DNA of 64,000 nucleotides from an uncultured bacterium. GTDB taxonomy: Bacteria; Actinomycetota; Acidimicrobiia; Spongiisociales; UBA5794. The position numbers and the translations under genes are program-made. This document shows positions 17,552 through 27,694 of the stretch, one piece after another; position 1 is the first letter of the stretch, and every line of letters starts with the position of its first letter. Below the pieces are notes generated by a model, which was given only the letters and a program-made list of their open reading frames with translations, was not told where the DNA came from and did not search any database. The DNA is taken from the NCBI GenBank assembly GCA_963844835.1, contig CAWJPT010000003.1:17543-81542 (forward strand), read 5' to 3'.

Positions 17552-18523
17552 ATGAAGGGGACTATCCAGACGGGCTTCGGGGACCCCGGCGAGGTTCTGA
17601 GGGTTGGCGAGGTCGCTACTCCTGAGATCGACGAAGACGGAGTATTGGTACGAGTCCGGGCAGCGTCGATCCACATCGGCGCCGTCTACGGGGTGCGGGG
17701 GTTCCCCAAGGTCATGCGTCCAGTGTTCAAGCGGTTCATCGCCAAGAGCGGCGTGATCGGGCAGAACATGGCCGGGGTCGTGGAGGCTGTAGGGACCAAT
17801 GTCACGCAACTGGCCGTCGGGGATGAGGTGTTCGGCTCGTGCAAGGGTGCATTCGCCGAGTACGCCGCCACGACGTCGAAGGATGTGACCTCGAAGCCGG
17901 CCAACCTCACGTTCGAGCAAGCCTCGGCAGTTGGTGTGTCGGCGTTCACCGCACTCCAAGCACTCCGCGACCATGGCAAGCTCCAGGACGGTCAGCATGT
18001 TCTCGTCACGGGGGCTTCCGGCGGCGTCGGCACCTTCGCCGTCCAGATCGCAAAGGCAATGGGGGCGGAGGTCACCGGCGTCTGCAGCACCCGAAATCTC
18101 GACATGGTTCGATCCATTGGCGCCGACCACGTCATCGACTACACGCAACAAGACTTCACCAAGGGTGCACCTGAGTACGACCTCGTCTTCGACAATGTCG
18201 GGGCCCATTCGTTGAAGGAAATGCGAGGCGTGCTCACCACAGACGGACTCCTGCTGGCCAATGGAGCACCAGCCCCATCAGGTTGGTTCGGAGGCCTGGG
18301 ACACCCGCTGAAGGTCACCGTTTCTTCCGTTTTCTCGAAACAGCAAGGACGTCCTTTCCTGGCGATGGAGAACGAGGATGATCTCGCCACGCTGCAGGAA
18401 CTAGCCGAGACAGGCAAGATCGTGCCAGTCATTGATCAGGTGTTCCCGCTCGAGAGCGCCGTCGACGCGATCGCCTACGTCGGCGCAGGCCACAACCAGG
18501 GGACATCGGTCATCTCCATGTGA
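17552..18523 (+). CDS. NADPH:quinone reductase / zinc-type alcohol dehydrogenase superfamily (MDR)
   Basis: Start moved to ATG 17552 (MKGTIQTGFGDP) behind GAGGGAG. GASGGVGTFAVQIAK Rossmann motif. Confidence 0.8.
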   Translation: MKGTIQTGFGDPGEVLRVGEVATPEIDEDGVLVRVRAASIHIGAVYGVRGFPKVMRPVFKRFIAKSGVIGQNMAGVVEAVGTNVTQLAVGDEVFGSCKGAFAEYAATTSKDVTSKPANLTFEQASAVGVSAFTALQALRDHGKLQDGQHVLVTGASGGVGTFAVQIAKAMGAEVTGVCSTRNLDMVRSIGADHVIDYTQQDFTKGAPEYDLVFDNVGAHSLKEMRGVLTTDGLLLANGAPAPSGWFGGLGHPLKVTVSSVFSKQQGRPFLAMENEDDLATLQELAETGKIVPVIDQVFPLESAVDAIAYVGAGHNQGTSVISM

Positions 18524-18545
18524 ACAGCAGCTGCGGTTCGATCAC

Positions 18546-18830
18546 CTACGGGATTCGGAAGGGATAGGCGTCGTACTGGCCAGGGGTGAGATCGAGGGCG
18601 TTGTTGGTATACGCGTTCGATGCAAGCCTCACGAAGATGACTGCCGCGAATGCGACAAAGCCGGTGGAGTAGTCCATCGCGGTGAAGAAGGGAAGCAGAA
18701 ACACCCAGAATGCAGCGTTGTAGAGGAACCTGACGAGGGACGCCGGGTGGGTGAACTTCTGCTTCACCGGAACGTAGCCGGCTGTGTTCTGGCGTAGCCA
18801 CGCGAACCGCATGGCGGTGTGATACTCCAC
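18546..18830 (-). CDS. Small hypothetical membrane protein
   Basis: 94-aa ORF with two hydrophobic segments. No family recognised. Confidence 0.4.
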   Translation of the reverse strand: MEYHTAMRFAWLRQNTAGYVPVKQKFTHPASLVRFLYNAAFWVFLLPFFTAMDYSTGFVAFAAVIFVRLASNAYTNNALDLTPGQYDAYPFRIP

Positions 18831-18836
18831 GACGAG

Positions 18837-18995
18837 TCAGAGGAAGGCGCCAAACACAAATAGCCCGATCAATCCACCCATCCCCAACCAGGCAGATGTC
18901 GAAGAAGCGACGGCTACATAGATGAGGGTCGGGATTCCCAGCCCCAATGAGAGCCGGTTGTTCCAGCGCACAGTCAAGAACTCATCCCTCGTCAT
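18837..18995 (-). CDS. Small hypothetical membrane protein
   Basis: Trimmed to MTRDEFLTVRWNNRLSLGLGIPTLIYVAVASS... (two TM segments). The upstream part of ORF 18837..19130 looks non-coding. Confidence 0.3.
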   Translation of the reverse strand: MTRDEFLTVRWNNRLSLGLGIPTLIYVAVASSTSAWLGMGGLIGLFVFGAFL

Positions 18996-19070
18996 TTTGA
19001 GTATCCTCCCTCGCCCGCTCCGCACCACACTATATGTCGCACCCGGCAGATCGTCGCTACCGTTCCGGAC

Positions 19071-19430
19071 ATGGGGCAATCGTCTCCCGACCGACCGCCG
19101 TTCACCCTTGCCGCGGTCAAGGCGTTCCATACCGCGATCTGGTTCACGATCGAGTTCGCCGTGCTCTACCTCTTGTACACGGGGATCAGGAGGAGGAAGG
19201 GACCGGCCGTCACCGTCGCCGCCTCAATTGTCGCCCTGGAGAGTGCCGTATTCCTGGGCAACGGGGCAAGGTGCCCGCTCACCTCGGTGGCCGAGTCGCT
19301 GGGAGACGAGCACGGATCGGTGACCGACATCTACCTGCCCCATTGGCTCGCCAGGGGCCTGCCCGTGATCCACGTCCCAATACTGGTGCTCATCTTGTGG
19401 CTGCACACGAGGCCTGCCCCGACCGTTTGA
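19071..19430 (+). CDS. Hypothetical membrane protein
   Basis: 119-aa ORF with 3-4 hydrophobic helices. Divergent from the small membrane genes. Confidence 0.45.
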   Translation: MGQSSPDRPPFTLAAVKAFHTAIWFTIEFAVLYLLYTGIRRRKGPAVTVAASIVALESAVFLGNGARCPLTSVAESLGDEHGSVTDIYLPHWLARGLPVIHVPILVLILWLHTRPAPTV

Positions 19431-19452
19431 TCCCTGACACCGTAGACAAAGA

Positions 19453-19851
19453 ATGTCGGGTATCGGACAATTCGCCATGGGGGTGGCGCCTCTCACGGTT
19501 GTACCGGCCATGAAGACTCTCTCCAACCCCATTGCAGGCGCTCTCGGCTTTGCACTGATCTGGGCGATCGCCGCCACGGTGTCCCCAACGACCACATTCC
19601 ATCTCGGGCCCTTCATCGTCGCCGTGTCGCCGGTGCTGTTCAGCGACCATCGACCCGCAACGCGAGTGATCCCGGCCGGTCTCGGCATCGCGGTAGCGAC
19701 TTCATTGGCACTGGCCGCAAGCGGTTCACTCCAGGGGCCCACGCTCCTCCCCTGGGGCGGAGCACTTGCCGAATCGCTTGTCTTCGCCGCAGTAGGTGCC
19801 ATCGTCACCCTTGCCATCGGCACCAGGCGCAGCGCGTCCGTTCCTACCTGA
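19453..19851 (+). CDS. Hypothetical membrane protein
   Basis: 132-aa hydrophobic ORF, co-directional with its neighbours. Confidence 0.45.
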   Translation: MSGIGQFAMGVAPLTVVPAMKTLSNPIAGALGFALIWAIAATVSPTTTFHLGPFIVAVSPVLFSDHRPATRVIPAGLGIAVATSLALAASGSLQGPTLLPWGGALAESLVFAAVGAIVTLAIGTRRSASVPT

Positions 19852-19862
19852 GGCCGGCATGG

Positions 19863-21074
19863 ATGTTTACCCGCCCCGGCGTCGTCATCGGAGTATTCGC
19901 CCTTCTCATTGCGGCGTGCGGCGGCGGCGCCGACCCGGGACCGACGACCGCCGCGGACACGACACCCGATCCGTCGGAATCGGTCACCCAGTCCACCACC
20001 GGTCCGGCACAACTCCCCGAAGGTCCTTCTGCACTCGCCGACATGAGCGATCCGGCGTTTCCGGAGCCGCTCATCGATCCCTCTGAGATCATCTCCGGAG
20101 GGCCGCCGCCCGATGGGATACCACCCATCGATGATCCTCAGTTCGTCTCCGTCTCTGCGGCCGATGCCTGGCTCACAGATGCGGACCCAGTGGTCTATCT
20201 CGCCGTCGGCGACGAGGTGCATGCCTACCCGGTTCAGATCTTGATCTGGCACGAGATCGTCAACGACACCGTTGATGGACAGCCGGTGGTCGTTTCGTAC
20301 TGCCCGCTCTGCAACAGTGCTGTCAGCTATCGCCGGGTCATCGACGGGACCGAGACGACATTTGGAACGTCGGGCCGGTTGTTTGCCTCCGCTCTGGTGA
20401 TGTACGACCGGGCGACCGAGTCACTGTGGACTCACTACGACGGACGGGCGGTGGTTGGGACGCTCACGGGTACGACACTCGAGCCGATCTCGTCGCCGCT
20501 GCTGGCCTGGTCGGACTTTGCGGCGGCCTTCCCGGATGGGCTAGTTCTCGATAAGGACGCCACCGGCTTCGAGCGGCCATACGGAGAGAACCCATACGCC
20601 GGTTACGACAGCCCGGACTCGACACCATTCCTGTTCCGAGGCGACGTCGACGAGCGGGCAGTCGCCAAACAACGAGTGGTCGGCATCGAGGTCGACGGTG
20701 TCGCCAGAGCATGGACGCTGGAGGCGGTCTCGGCGGGAACAGCCGAGGCCACGAATGGCGGAGTCGGCGACACAGCAGTCGTCATCCTGTGGAAGGCCGG
20801 TCAGGTGAGCGCACTCGAGACGGCACGTATCGTCAGCGGGCGCGACGTCGGATCGGTCGGCGTTTTCTCTCCAATAGTCGATGGGCAGCAGCTCACATTC
20901 CGTGCGGCCGGGGAGAGCTTCACCGATGAAGAGACCGCCACTGAATGGGACATCACCGGCAGAGCGATCGCCGGACCTCTGGCCGGCACACAGCTGACGC
21001 CGATCCATCACCTCGATACCTTCTGGTTCGCCTGGTCCACCTACCAGCCGGGCACCGACCTAGTGGAAGAATGA
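19863..21074 (+). CDS. DUF3179 domain-containing lipoprotein
   Basis: 403-aa ORF. Lipobox LIAACGG, then the DUF3179 core (VVVSYCPLCNSAVSYRR, GTSGRLFASALVMYDR.TESLWTH). Confidence 0.75.
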   Translation: MFTRPGVVIGVFALLIAACGGGADPGPTTAADTTPDPSESVTQSTTGPAQLPEGPSALADMSDPAFPEPLIDPSEIISGGPPPDGIPPIDDPQFVSVSAADAWLTDADPVVYLAVGDEVHAYPVQILIWHEIVNDTVDGQPVVVSYCPLCNSAVSYRRVIDGTETTFGTSGRLFASALVMYDRATESLWTHYDGRAVVGTLTGTTLEPISSPLLAWSDFAAAFPDGLVLDKDATGFERPYGENPYAGYDSPDSTPFLFRGDVDERAVAKQRVVGIEVDGVARAWTLEAVSAGTAEATNGGVGDTAVVILWKAGQVSALETARIVSGRDVGSVGVFSPIVDGQQLTFRAAGESFTDEETATEWDITGRAIAGPLAGTQLTPIHHLDTFWFAWSTYQPGTDLVEE

Positions 21075-21112
21075 ACTTCCGCGCAATTGACGATCTTCTC
21101 CGGCGATGAGAC

Positions 21113-23518
21113 CTAGCCCGCTTCCGCCATGGTCCGCTCGTGGTAGCTCTCGTCGAGGGTCTGGTAGAGCTCCTCCTCCTGAGCGAAGTGGAGCCGCAGG
21201 ATTGCGTCGAGGCTGTACATCACCCGCCGCACATCGACAAGGGTATTGCCGAGATCATCGGTACTCGTCGCATCCTCAACCATGTGGTGCAGCGTGCCCG
21301 CAAGCTTGAAGATCTCCCCGTGGGTGAGGCTCATTGCCGCCATCGGATCCTCACCTCCGATCAGCTCGGACAGCACGGGGTAGATTTCCCGGTCGTCCTG
21401 CCGCTCGTGTGGAAGCACCTCGTCCTGGACGAATCGATCGATGCGTTGCAGCTCGGCGATTGCATCGATGCTGTCGAGATTGCCGAGGCGGTCGGCCAGC
21501 CGGCCGATGTCCTCGAGCTTCGGTATCAATTCGTCGTGCTCGGCCTTGAGCCGGGCGGACAATTCGCTGGGAAGCCGGACCTGGGTCCCCCATCCTGATC
21601 GATCGCGCAACGCACGAAGGGCACTGAGGATGGCAAGCACATCGATTGCCTCCTGGAGCATTGCCCCTGCCACCGGCCCGAAGAGGCCGAACGTGGCTGC
21701 GACCATCGCCAACAGTGCCAGACCCATCCCGAGAAATGCGCTCTGCGAGGCAATGCTGCGGGATCGCTGGGCCAGGCGCATTGCCACTGCAAGCCGGTCG
21801 AGGCGATCAACCACCAAGACGATGTCGGCCGCTTCCGACGAGGAAGTGGCGCCTCGCGCCCCCATTGCCACCCCGACGTCGGCTGCAGCAAGAGCTGGAG
21901 CGTCGTTGACCCCATCTCCGACCATGATCGTGACGCCATCGGCGGTGGCGGCGCGCACCGCCTCGAGCTTCTCGGCGGGAGTGCACTGTGCCAGCACCCG
22001 GTCGGCGCCGATTGCCGCTCCCACCGATTCGGCCACGACCGGATGATCGCCGGTCGCCATCACCACAGATCTGATCCCGCGTTGCCGGAGCAACCGGATG
22101 GTGCGCGGCGTATCAGCCCTGACCTCGTCCACCAGTCGGAACGCCCCGACCACGGCTCCATCGACGGCAATCGAGATGTCGATACTCGGTGACCGAGCCG
22201 CCCGGGCCTGATAGGCCTCGGCGGCAGCCGGAAGCTCGCGTCCCTGGGCAACAAATGATGCGCTCCCCAATGCAACATCGTGACCGGCAACCGTACCCAC
22301 GATCCCACCGCCGGCCGTTTCCTCGACATCGCCCGGTAGATCGAGTTCGATGCCCTGGCCTCGCGCCGCCTGGACTAGCGCAGTAGCGAGGATGTGATTG
22401 GACATCTGATCGAGTGACGCTCCCAGCCAGAGCAAGTCGCGCTCGTCGAAATCCTCCCCGAACGCGGTGACTGCGGCCACCGAAGCCTCGCCAACCGTCA
22501 GGGTCCCCGTCTTGTCGATGATGAGGATCTCCGCGTCCGCCAGACGCTCGAGGACGCCCCCACCCTTGATGACAACACCACGGTTCGCGGCTCGCGAGAC
22601 CCCCGAGACAATGGCGATCGGTACCGCGAGCAGCAACGGGCATGGGGTGGCGACCACCAGCACCGAGAGCCCGCGCACTGGATCTCCAGATGTCGCCCAT
22701 GCCACGGCCGCGATCGCAAGTGCTAACGGGACGAACCCGAATGCATACCGATCGGCCAGCCGTGAAATCGGGGCCTTGGCGGACTGGGCTTCCGCAACGA
22801 GTTTGACGATGCCCGCATAGGTGGAATCCGCCGCCCCCTGAAGCGCCACGACGTGGAAACTGTCACCGGCGTTGACGGTACCGCTGGCGACATGGTCACC
22901 AGGGGGATGCACCACCGGTGCCACCTCACCGGTGAGCGAGGATTCGTCGAGAACCGCGCTGCCAACGGTCACCAGCCCATCGACTGGAACCACCTCGCCA
23001 GCCTTCACGATGAGCTGATCTCCCTGCCGCACCTCATCGACGCCCACCGTCGTTATCTCGTCACCGACCACAATGTGGGCCTCGCGCGGAGCTCGCTGCA
23101 GCAGAGCAGTGAGCTCGTGCTTTGCCCTTGCCGCGGCATAGGAATCGAGCGCATCGCCCGTAGCGAGCATCAGCCCGATGATTGCCGCCGCCAGATACTC
23201 ACCGAGCACAATCGAGCCGCCAACGGCAAGGACGGCAATGATATCGAGGCCCCACTCCCGCCGCCGGATGCTGCCAACGAAACCGACTACCAGCGGGACT
23301 GCAGCAACCACGCCGGTGAGTGCCCAGGCGACATCGGCGACTGCCGACTCATCGACGATGGCGGCGACGATGCCGACCAGCAGCCCGCCTGCCGTTGTCG
23401 CCACGAGCGCGACAGTTTTGCGGTCGAGTCTCACCTGACCACCTTTCCACGATTCTCGAAGGGTCGTAGCGTCAGTGTCCGGGAAGACGGAGGGCGACGG
23501 GAGGGGCGATCGCCTCAT
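21113..23518 (-). CDS. P1B-5-type heavy-metal P-type ATPase with C-terminal hemerythrin (HHE) domain
   Basis: 801-aa ORF. DKTGTLT, GDGVNDAPAL, a TM TPC motif (VVATPCPLLL) and QEAID in the last TM. No N-terminal HMA domain. The C-terminal ~150 aa are His/Glu-rich and hemerythrin-like (LKAEHDEL, HERQDDREIYP, THGEIF, HFAQEEE). Confidence 0.85.
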   Translation of the reverse strand: MRRSPLPSPSVFPDTDATTLRESWKGGQVRLDRKTVALVATTAGGLLVGIVAAIVDESAVADVAWALTGVVAAVPLVVGFVGSIRRREWGLDIIAVLAVGGSIVLGEYLAAAIIGLMLATGDALDSYAAARAKHELTALLQRAPREAHIVVGDEITTVGVDEVRQGDQLIVKAGEVVPVDGLVTVGSAVLDESSLTGEVAPVVHPPGDHVASGTVNAGDSFHVVALQGAADSTYAGIVKLVAEAQSAKAPISRLADRYAFGFVPLALAIAAVAWATSGDPVRGLSVLVVATPCPLLLAVPIAIVSGVSRAANRGVVIKGGGVLERLADAEILIIDKTGTLTVGEASVAAVTAFGEDFDERDLLWLGASLDQMSNHILATALVQAARGQGIELDLPGDVEETAGGGIVGTVAGHDVALGSASFVAQGRELPAAAEAYQARAARSPSIDISIAVDGAVVGAFRLVDEVRADTPRTIRLLRQRGIRSVVMATGDHPVVAESVGAAIGADRVLAQCTPAEKLEAVRAATADGVTIMVGDGVNDAPALAAADVGVAMGARGATSSSEAADIVLVVDRLDRLAVAMRLAQRSRSIASQSAFLGMGLALLAMVAATFGLFGPVAGAMLQEAIDVLAILSALRALRDRSGWGTQVRLPSELSARLKAEHDELIPKLEDIGRLADRLGNLDSIDAIAELQRIDRFVQDEVLPHERQDDREIYPVLSELIGGEDPMAAMSLTHGEIFKLAGTLHHMVEDATSTDDLGNTLVDVRRVMYSLDAILRLHFAQEEELYQTLDESYHERTMAEAG

Positions 23519-23711
23519 TCAACAGGGCCGGACGGCCATCGACGGACAGGGCGTATCGTACATCTCGAGAATCTCGTTCGCTCGACAGACCACGTCCAAC
23601 GGGGAACTGCCCAATCACAACGGCAACGGGAAGACCGACAGCACGAGCTCGCTGGAATTTGCGGGCGGCGCCTGACGTTGCCGGAACATACGCACTCGTA
23701 AGGAACCAGCC

Positions 23712-24528
23712 ATGGCGAGCATCACCCTCCCCCGTCTCCTCTCCACGTATGAGCCAACGCGGGCAAGTCTGCACGCATACACGAAGGCCGTCGGTGCGGT
23801 TGCCAGGGCCCATGCGATCCCGCATCCCAAGTGGTGGCACATCAGTCTCGAGATCCGTCCAGAAGGCCTCGCCAGTGCCCCCATTCCACTCCCCAGCGGC
23901 GGTGCGCTTGCCATCACGCTCGATCCGAAGCGGCACGAGATCAGAGCACGGGCGAGCGACGGCACCGCACGTCACATCGACCTGCTGTCGACACCGACTG
24001 CAACGGAGGCGGGCGACGCCCTCATCGACACGGCGGCCCGTCTCGGGCTCGACGGTGGGTATGAGCGCGACCGGTTCGAGGATGGAACCCCTCGGGAATA
24101 CGACCCCGTGGCCGCCGGCGCATACTTCGATGCGTTAGTCGCCGTAGCCAACGTGTTCCAACGCCGCCGCGTCGCCCTCGGGGAACGGGTCGGCCCGGTT
24201 CAACTGTGGCCGCACGGATTCGACGTTGCCTTCGAGTGGTTCGGCACCAAGACCGTCACGAGCGAAGGCGAGACCGCCCCGGCACAGCTCAATCTCGGCT
24301 TCTACCCGGGCGGGGACCAGCCGTATTTCTATTCGACTCCCTGGCCGTTCGACACGGCCTCACCGGGACGGCATTGCCCGATGGTGCGCAGTGGAACACC
24401 GAAGGTTGGCAGGGAGCGTCCCTGCCCGTACGAAGTCGCGCGCACCGCCTCCGACCCGGCCCGATGCGATCAGCGATTTCGCCGCCGCCGTCTTCGATGT
24501 GGCACGGCCCACCCTGGAAGCGCCCTAG
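23712..24528 (+). CDS. DUF5996 family protein; reading frame passes through three frames (at least 2 breaks, ~24340-24470)
   Basis: The N-terminal 220 aa are in ORF 23712... The continuation LTGTALPDGAQWNTEGWQGASLP is in ORF 24206... The C-terminus DAISDFAAAVFDVARPTLEAP* is in ORF 24226..24528. Confidence 0.6.
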
Positions 24529-24530
24529 GC

Positions 24531-25217
24531 ATGTCCTCCACGGCTCGGCGAGGCACAGGAGCCGGAGACTGCAGCGCCATGCCTGGTTGGCCCGGTCGCT
24601 CGGGCCGACTGACTACCTGCTGCCGACGCTCGAAGACCTCGCCGCCATCGCCGCGCGCCGGGTCTTACGTGTCCAAGTACCCGGGGACTCATCTGTTCCG
24701 GGAGGGCGAGCCGTCCAATACGGCATTCATCATCAAGAGCGGCAAGGTGGAGATCTATCGGGGCGACGACAGCCAGATCGTCACAAGGGTGGGGCCGGGT
24801 TCCGTCATCGGTGACATCGCTATGTTCCGGGGAGAACCGTATCTGCAGTCGGCACGGGCCATCGACCACGTCACTGCGCTCAGCCTCGACCGGGACCGGC
24901 TCGTTCCGGTGTTGCTACAGCGGCCGGTCGTTGCTCTCCGCTGGCTCGTTGCCGGGCTCACCCAGCTCGACGCGACACAACGAAGGGTGCTCGGGTTGAT
25001 GCATAGATCTGTGCTGGATCAAGTGGTCGGCCTGCTCCATGAAGAAGCCGACAGCCACGGTGTGGTTCATCTGTCCCAGGCTGCTATCGCCCGGCTGCTC
25101 GGGGTGAGCCGCCAGACCGTGAACGAAGCCATAGGCGAGCTACGCACCCGGCAACTGGTCGAAACGGGTTACCGGGTGATCCGGCTCACCGATACCTGGC
25201 CTGCTGAGATCAGCTGA
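24531..25217 (+). CDS. Crp/Fnr family transcriptional regulator (cNMP-binding + HTH)
   Basis: HLFREGEPSNTAFIIKSGKVEIY, IGDIAMF, and a C-terminal HTH (LSQAAIARLLGVSRQTVNEAIGELR). ATG lies 2 nt after the DUF5996 stop. Residues ~5-45 look better in the +2 frame (AWLARSLGPTDYLLPTLEDLAAIAAR), which suggests compensating indels. Confidence 0.65.
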   Translation: MSSTARRGTGAGDCSAMPGWPGRSGRLTTCCRRSKTSPPSPRAGSYVSKYPGTHLFREGEPSNTAFIIKSGKVEIYRGDDSQIVTRVGPGSVIGDIAMFRGEPYLQSARAIDHVTALSLDRDRLVPVLLQRPVVALRWLVAGLTQLDATQRRVLGLMHRSVLDQVVGLLHEEADSHGVVHLSQAAIARLLGVSRQTVNEAIGELRTRQLVETGYRVIRLTDTWPAEIS

Positions 25218-25826
25218 GCGGCTTCATCGGTTCGACGCCACAGAGTTTGTTCCACACTCGAACGACTCGCTGCTCACGCTCCCAGCCGAGAATGGAAACG
25301 CTGGCGGTGTCGAAGGTGAAGAGGCGCCCGGCGAGAGGCGGAAGCTCGATCCATCTGGCGGCGAGTATTCGCAACACGTGGGCGTGGGCAAACAGTGCCA
25401 CCGGCCCGTCCATGGTGAGCACCCGGTCGATCACCCGGTCTACTCGCTCCCCGACCCGGGTCAGCGACTCGCCGCCTTCGATCGGATGGGTCCACACCGA
25501 CCAGTCCGGGGATCTCCTCTGCGGACATCAACGGTGCGGGTTCCCTCGTAGATGCCGTAGTCCCACTCCAGCAAATCGTCGTCAGCGGTACCCTCGAAAC
25601 CGGCGAGCTCCATCGTCTCCCACGCCCGGCTCAGCGGGCTCGAAAGCACCGCGGCAAAGTTCATCTCTCGCAACATCTTCCCGAGCGCCTTTGCGTGGTC
25701 GCGACCCAGATCGGTCAACGGCACATCGGTACGCCCGGTGTGCTTTCTTTCCTCACTCCACTCCGTCTGGCCGTGACGGACCAGAACAACATCGTGGCGA
25801 GCAGCGGGAGCAACCATGGTGCCCAC
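25210..25826 (-). CDS. Histidine phosphatase family protein (phosphoglycerate-mutase-like); frame broken near 25500
   Basis: VVLVRHGQTEWSEERKHTGRTD (RHG motif) is in ORF 25461..25826. The C-terminal half, with FAHAHVLRIL, is in ORF 25210..25497. Confidence 0.7.
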
Positions 25827-25909
25827 AGCCTACGACGTTCGGGAGCCGACCAGAGAACATCAATGCGACCTGTCATCGCAGAATCAATCAGCGGTTATCG
25901 TGCCGCAGG

Positions 25910-26986
25910 ATGACTTCCTCTACTCGAACATCACGTCTCTCAATGGTCGTGGTCTCAGTGGCGTTGACTAGCGGCGGCCTGCTCCGGGTCCCCGACCGAG
26001 AAGACCTCGCTCTCAACTGCACCAACGACCACGACAATCGTCACCAGCACAACGACGACGACACGGTCGCTCCGGATGAGCTTGCCGGCCCGGCGAGCGA
26101 CGTGTGCCGGGAGTTCGCATCGTCACCGTTCCCGGAACGACGCGGGTTCCTGGAAACCGCGGCTGGTGAGGCGGGCACAACGGCCGACCAGCTCCTCACC
26201 GTGATGAAGGACCTCTGTGCAGATGCGGTGGCGACGTTCAGTGATCTCGAGAAGATCGCCACCATGTCGGCAGGGCTCACCGACGCAGGAGGCAACTATC
26301 TCGTCGGATCGAACGTGGGCTGCGGGGATCAGATATCGGCCGTGCTCACCAATGAGACCAACGACCCGATTGGTCTTGTCGTCGGCATGTACCGTGGGAC
26401 CGACTCGTCTGGCCTCGACGCGGCGGCCATCGTCATCGTCCCTTCACTCGACGCCGGTGAGCAGATCGAGATCGACAAGGCAATCGGCTCTCCCGACATG
26501 GGGTGTCTCGTGGTCTCCCGCCCGTTCGTGGCCGCACGTTCCGAAGCTACCGACACCTGGGATCCACCGAGCGACGCCAGGCCCCTCCCCGCGACCACAG
26601 GCGACGACTGGCTGACCATGTTGCAGGCGCTGATCGAGACCGAGCAGATCACCGGCGGGAAGGGCCCGACCGCCGAGTTCGGCATGACCGAGGACGTGCG
26701 TTCCGCCGAGTATCCCCGCCTGGTGAGCAGCACCCCCGAGCCCGATGCCGGCGCCGTCACCGAGATCACGGAGATCTGCGACGCAACATCGATAAACGAC
26801 AGCCTGGTCAACATCACCTATGTCGCCACCCGCGACGGTGAGCCGTACACCGCGTCCGGTCTGTTCAGGAAGTCGCCACAAGACGGCCGATGGCGGTGGC
26901 TGCAACTGGCCTTCTACCTCAGCGACGGCAACGCCTGCTCGGCCCTGACCGGCGTGTCCGTGGCATCGACCGGCCAATCCGCATAA
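25910..26986 (+). CDS. Hypothetical secreted protein/lipoprotein
   Basis: This is the C-terminal two thirds of ORF 25247..26986; the N-terminal part of that ORF is antisense to the phosphatase gene. An alternative frame over 25965-26060 gives the lipobox and Thr linker AACSGSPTEKTSLSTAPTTTTIVTSTTTTT, which suggests two indels. Confidence 0.5.
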   Translation: MTSSTRTSRLSMVVVSVALTSGGLLRVPDREDLALNCTNDHDNRHQHNDDDTVAPDELAGPASDVCREFASSPFPERRGFLETAAGEAGTTADQLLTVMKDLCADAVATFSDLEKIATMSAGLTDAGGNYLVGSNVGCGDQISAVLTNETNDPIGLVVGMYRGTDSSGLDAAAIVIVPSLDAGEQIEIDKAIGSPDMGCLVVSRPFVAARSEATDTWDPPSDARPLPATTGDDWLTMLQALIETEQITGGKGPTAEFGMTEDVRSAEYPRLVSSTPEPDAGAVTEITEICDATSINDSLVNITYVATRDGEPYTASGLFRKSPQDGRWRWLQLAFYLSDGNACSALTGVSVASTGQSA

Positions 26987-27090
26987 ATCGCGGAACCTCC
27001 CGGCGCAGCCCGGGTCTCAATCATGCCCTGGAACGCGTGCGGGCCAGGTAGCTGGGGAGGGGTCGGCCGGTCACCGGCCCCTCAGCTATG

Positions 27091-27577
27091 TCAGACCTGC
27101 TTTGGCATCTTTCCGATGAGCGACAGGACACCCTTCATCATCTTGTGCCCGACGTCGGCGGCCGGGTCGAACATAAGGGGACACCCGCCCTCGATCACGG
27201 CGACTCCCTGTGTCCTGCCGAGCTCGGCCGCGTCGTGAGAGACACTGCCAGCGCCCATGCCACGGTGCATCCAGACGTTCTTCACCCCGAGATCGATGCA
27301 CTCCTGCATCACAGATGCGGCTACGTCCGGGATGGGTCGCAATCACCACTGCGTCGACACCGCCGGGTATTGCTGCGAGGTTGGCGTAGGCGGCGTCACC
27401 CTCCACTTCCTCTGCGTTCGGGTTGACTGCGTACACCTCGTAGCCACGTTCGCGTAGTCGTGTATAGACAGGGTTGCCACCATGGGCGCCACCGGTCTCC
27501 CTGGAGACACCGGCAACGGCAATCCGCTTCTTTGCCAGGAACTCGGCTGCTGCTTGTTTTGTCGTGACGGCCATCAC
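27091..27577 (-). CDS. CoA-binding domain protein (YccU/YneT-like); frame broken near 27335
   Basis: [11 protein letters not shown]...VYAVNP is in ORF 27086..27577. The C-terminal half, [13 protein letters not shown]...GGCPLMF, is in ORF 27091..27342. Confidence 0.65.
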
Positions 27578-27694
27578 TACCTCCGCTCGAACTTCGAGGT
27601 ACTGCCCCGAACCTACCCCCGGGACACCGAGTCTCCCATAGGTCCAAAGTCACCACGCGCTAGCTTGGGACCAACGAAAGAAATGGGGTACGCA

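Noticed and set aside
23712-25217. Single 501-aa DUF5996-Crp fusion protein, as drawn in the ORF track
   Set aside because: The DUF5996 C-terminus and its TAG stop (24526-24528) are recovered in other frames, and an ATG for the Crp gene follows 2 nt later. The apparent fusion is produced by frame breaks.
25247-25909. N-terminal 220 aa of the 579-aa ORF 25247..26986
   Set aside because: It is antisense to the histidine phosphatase gene and compositionally Arg/Ser/Pro junk. The real protein starts around 25910.
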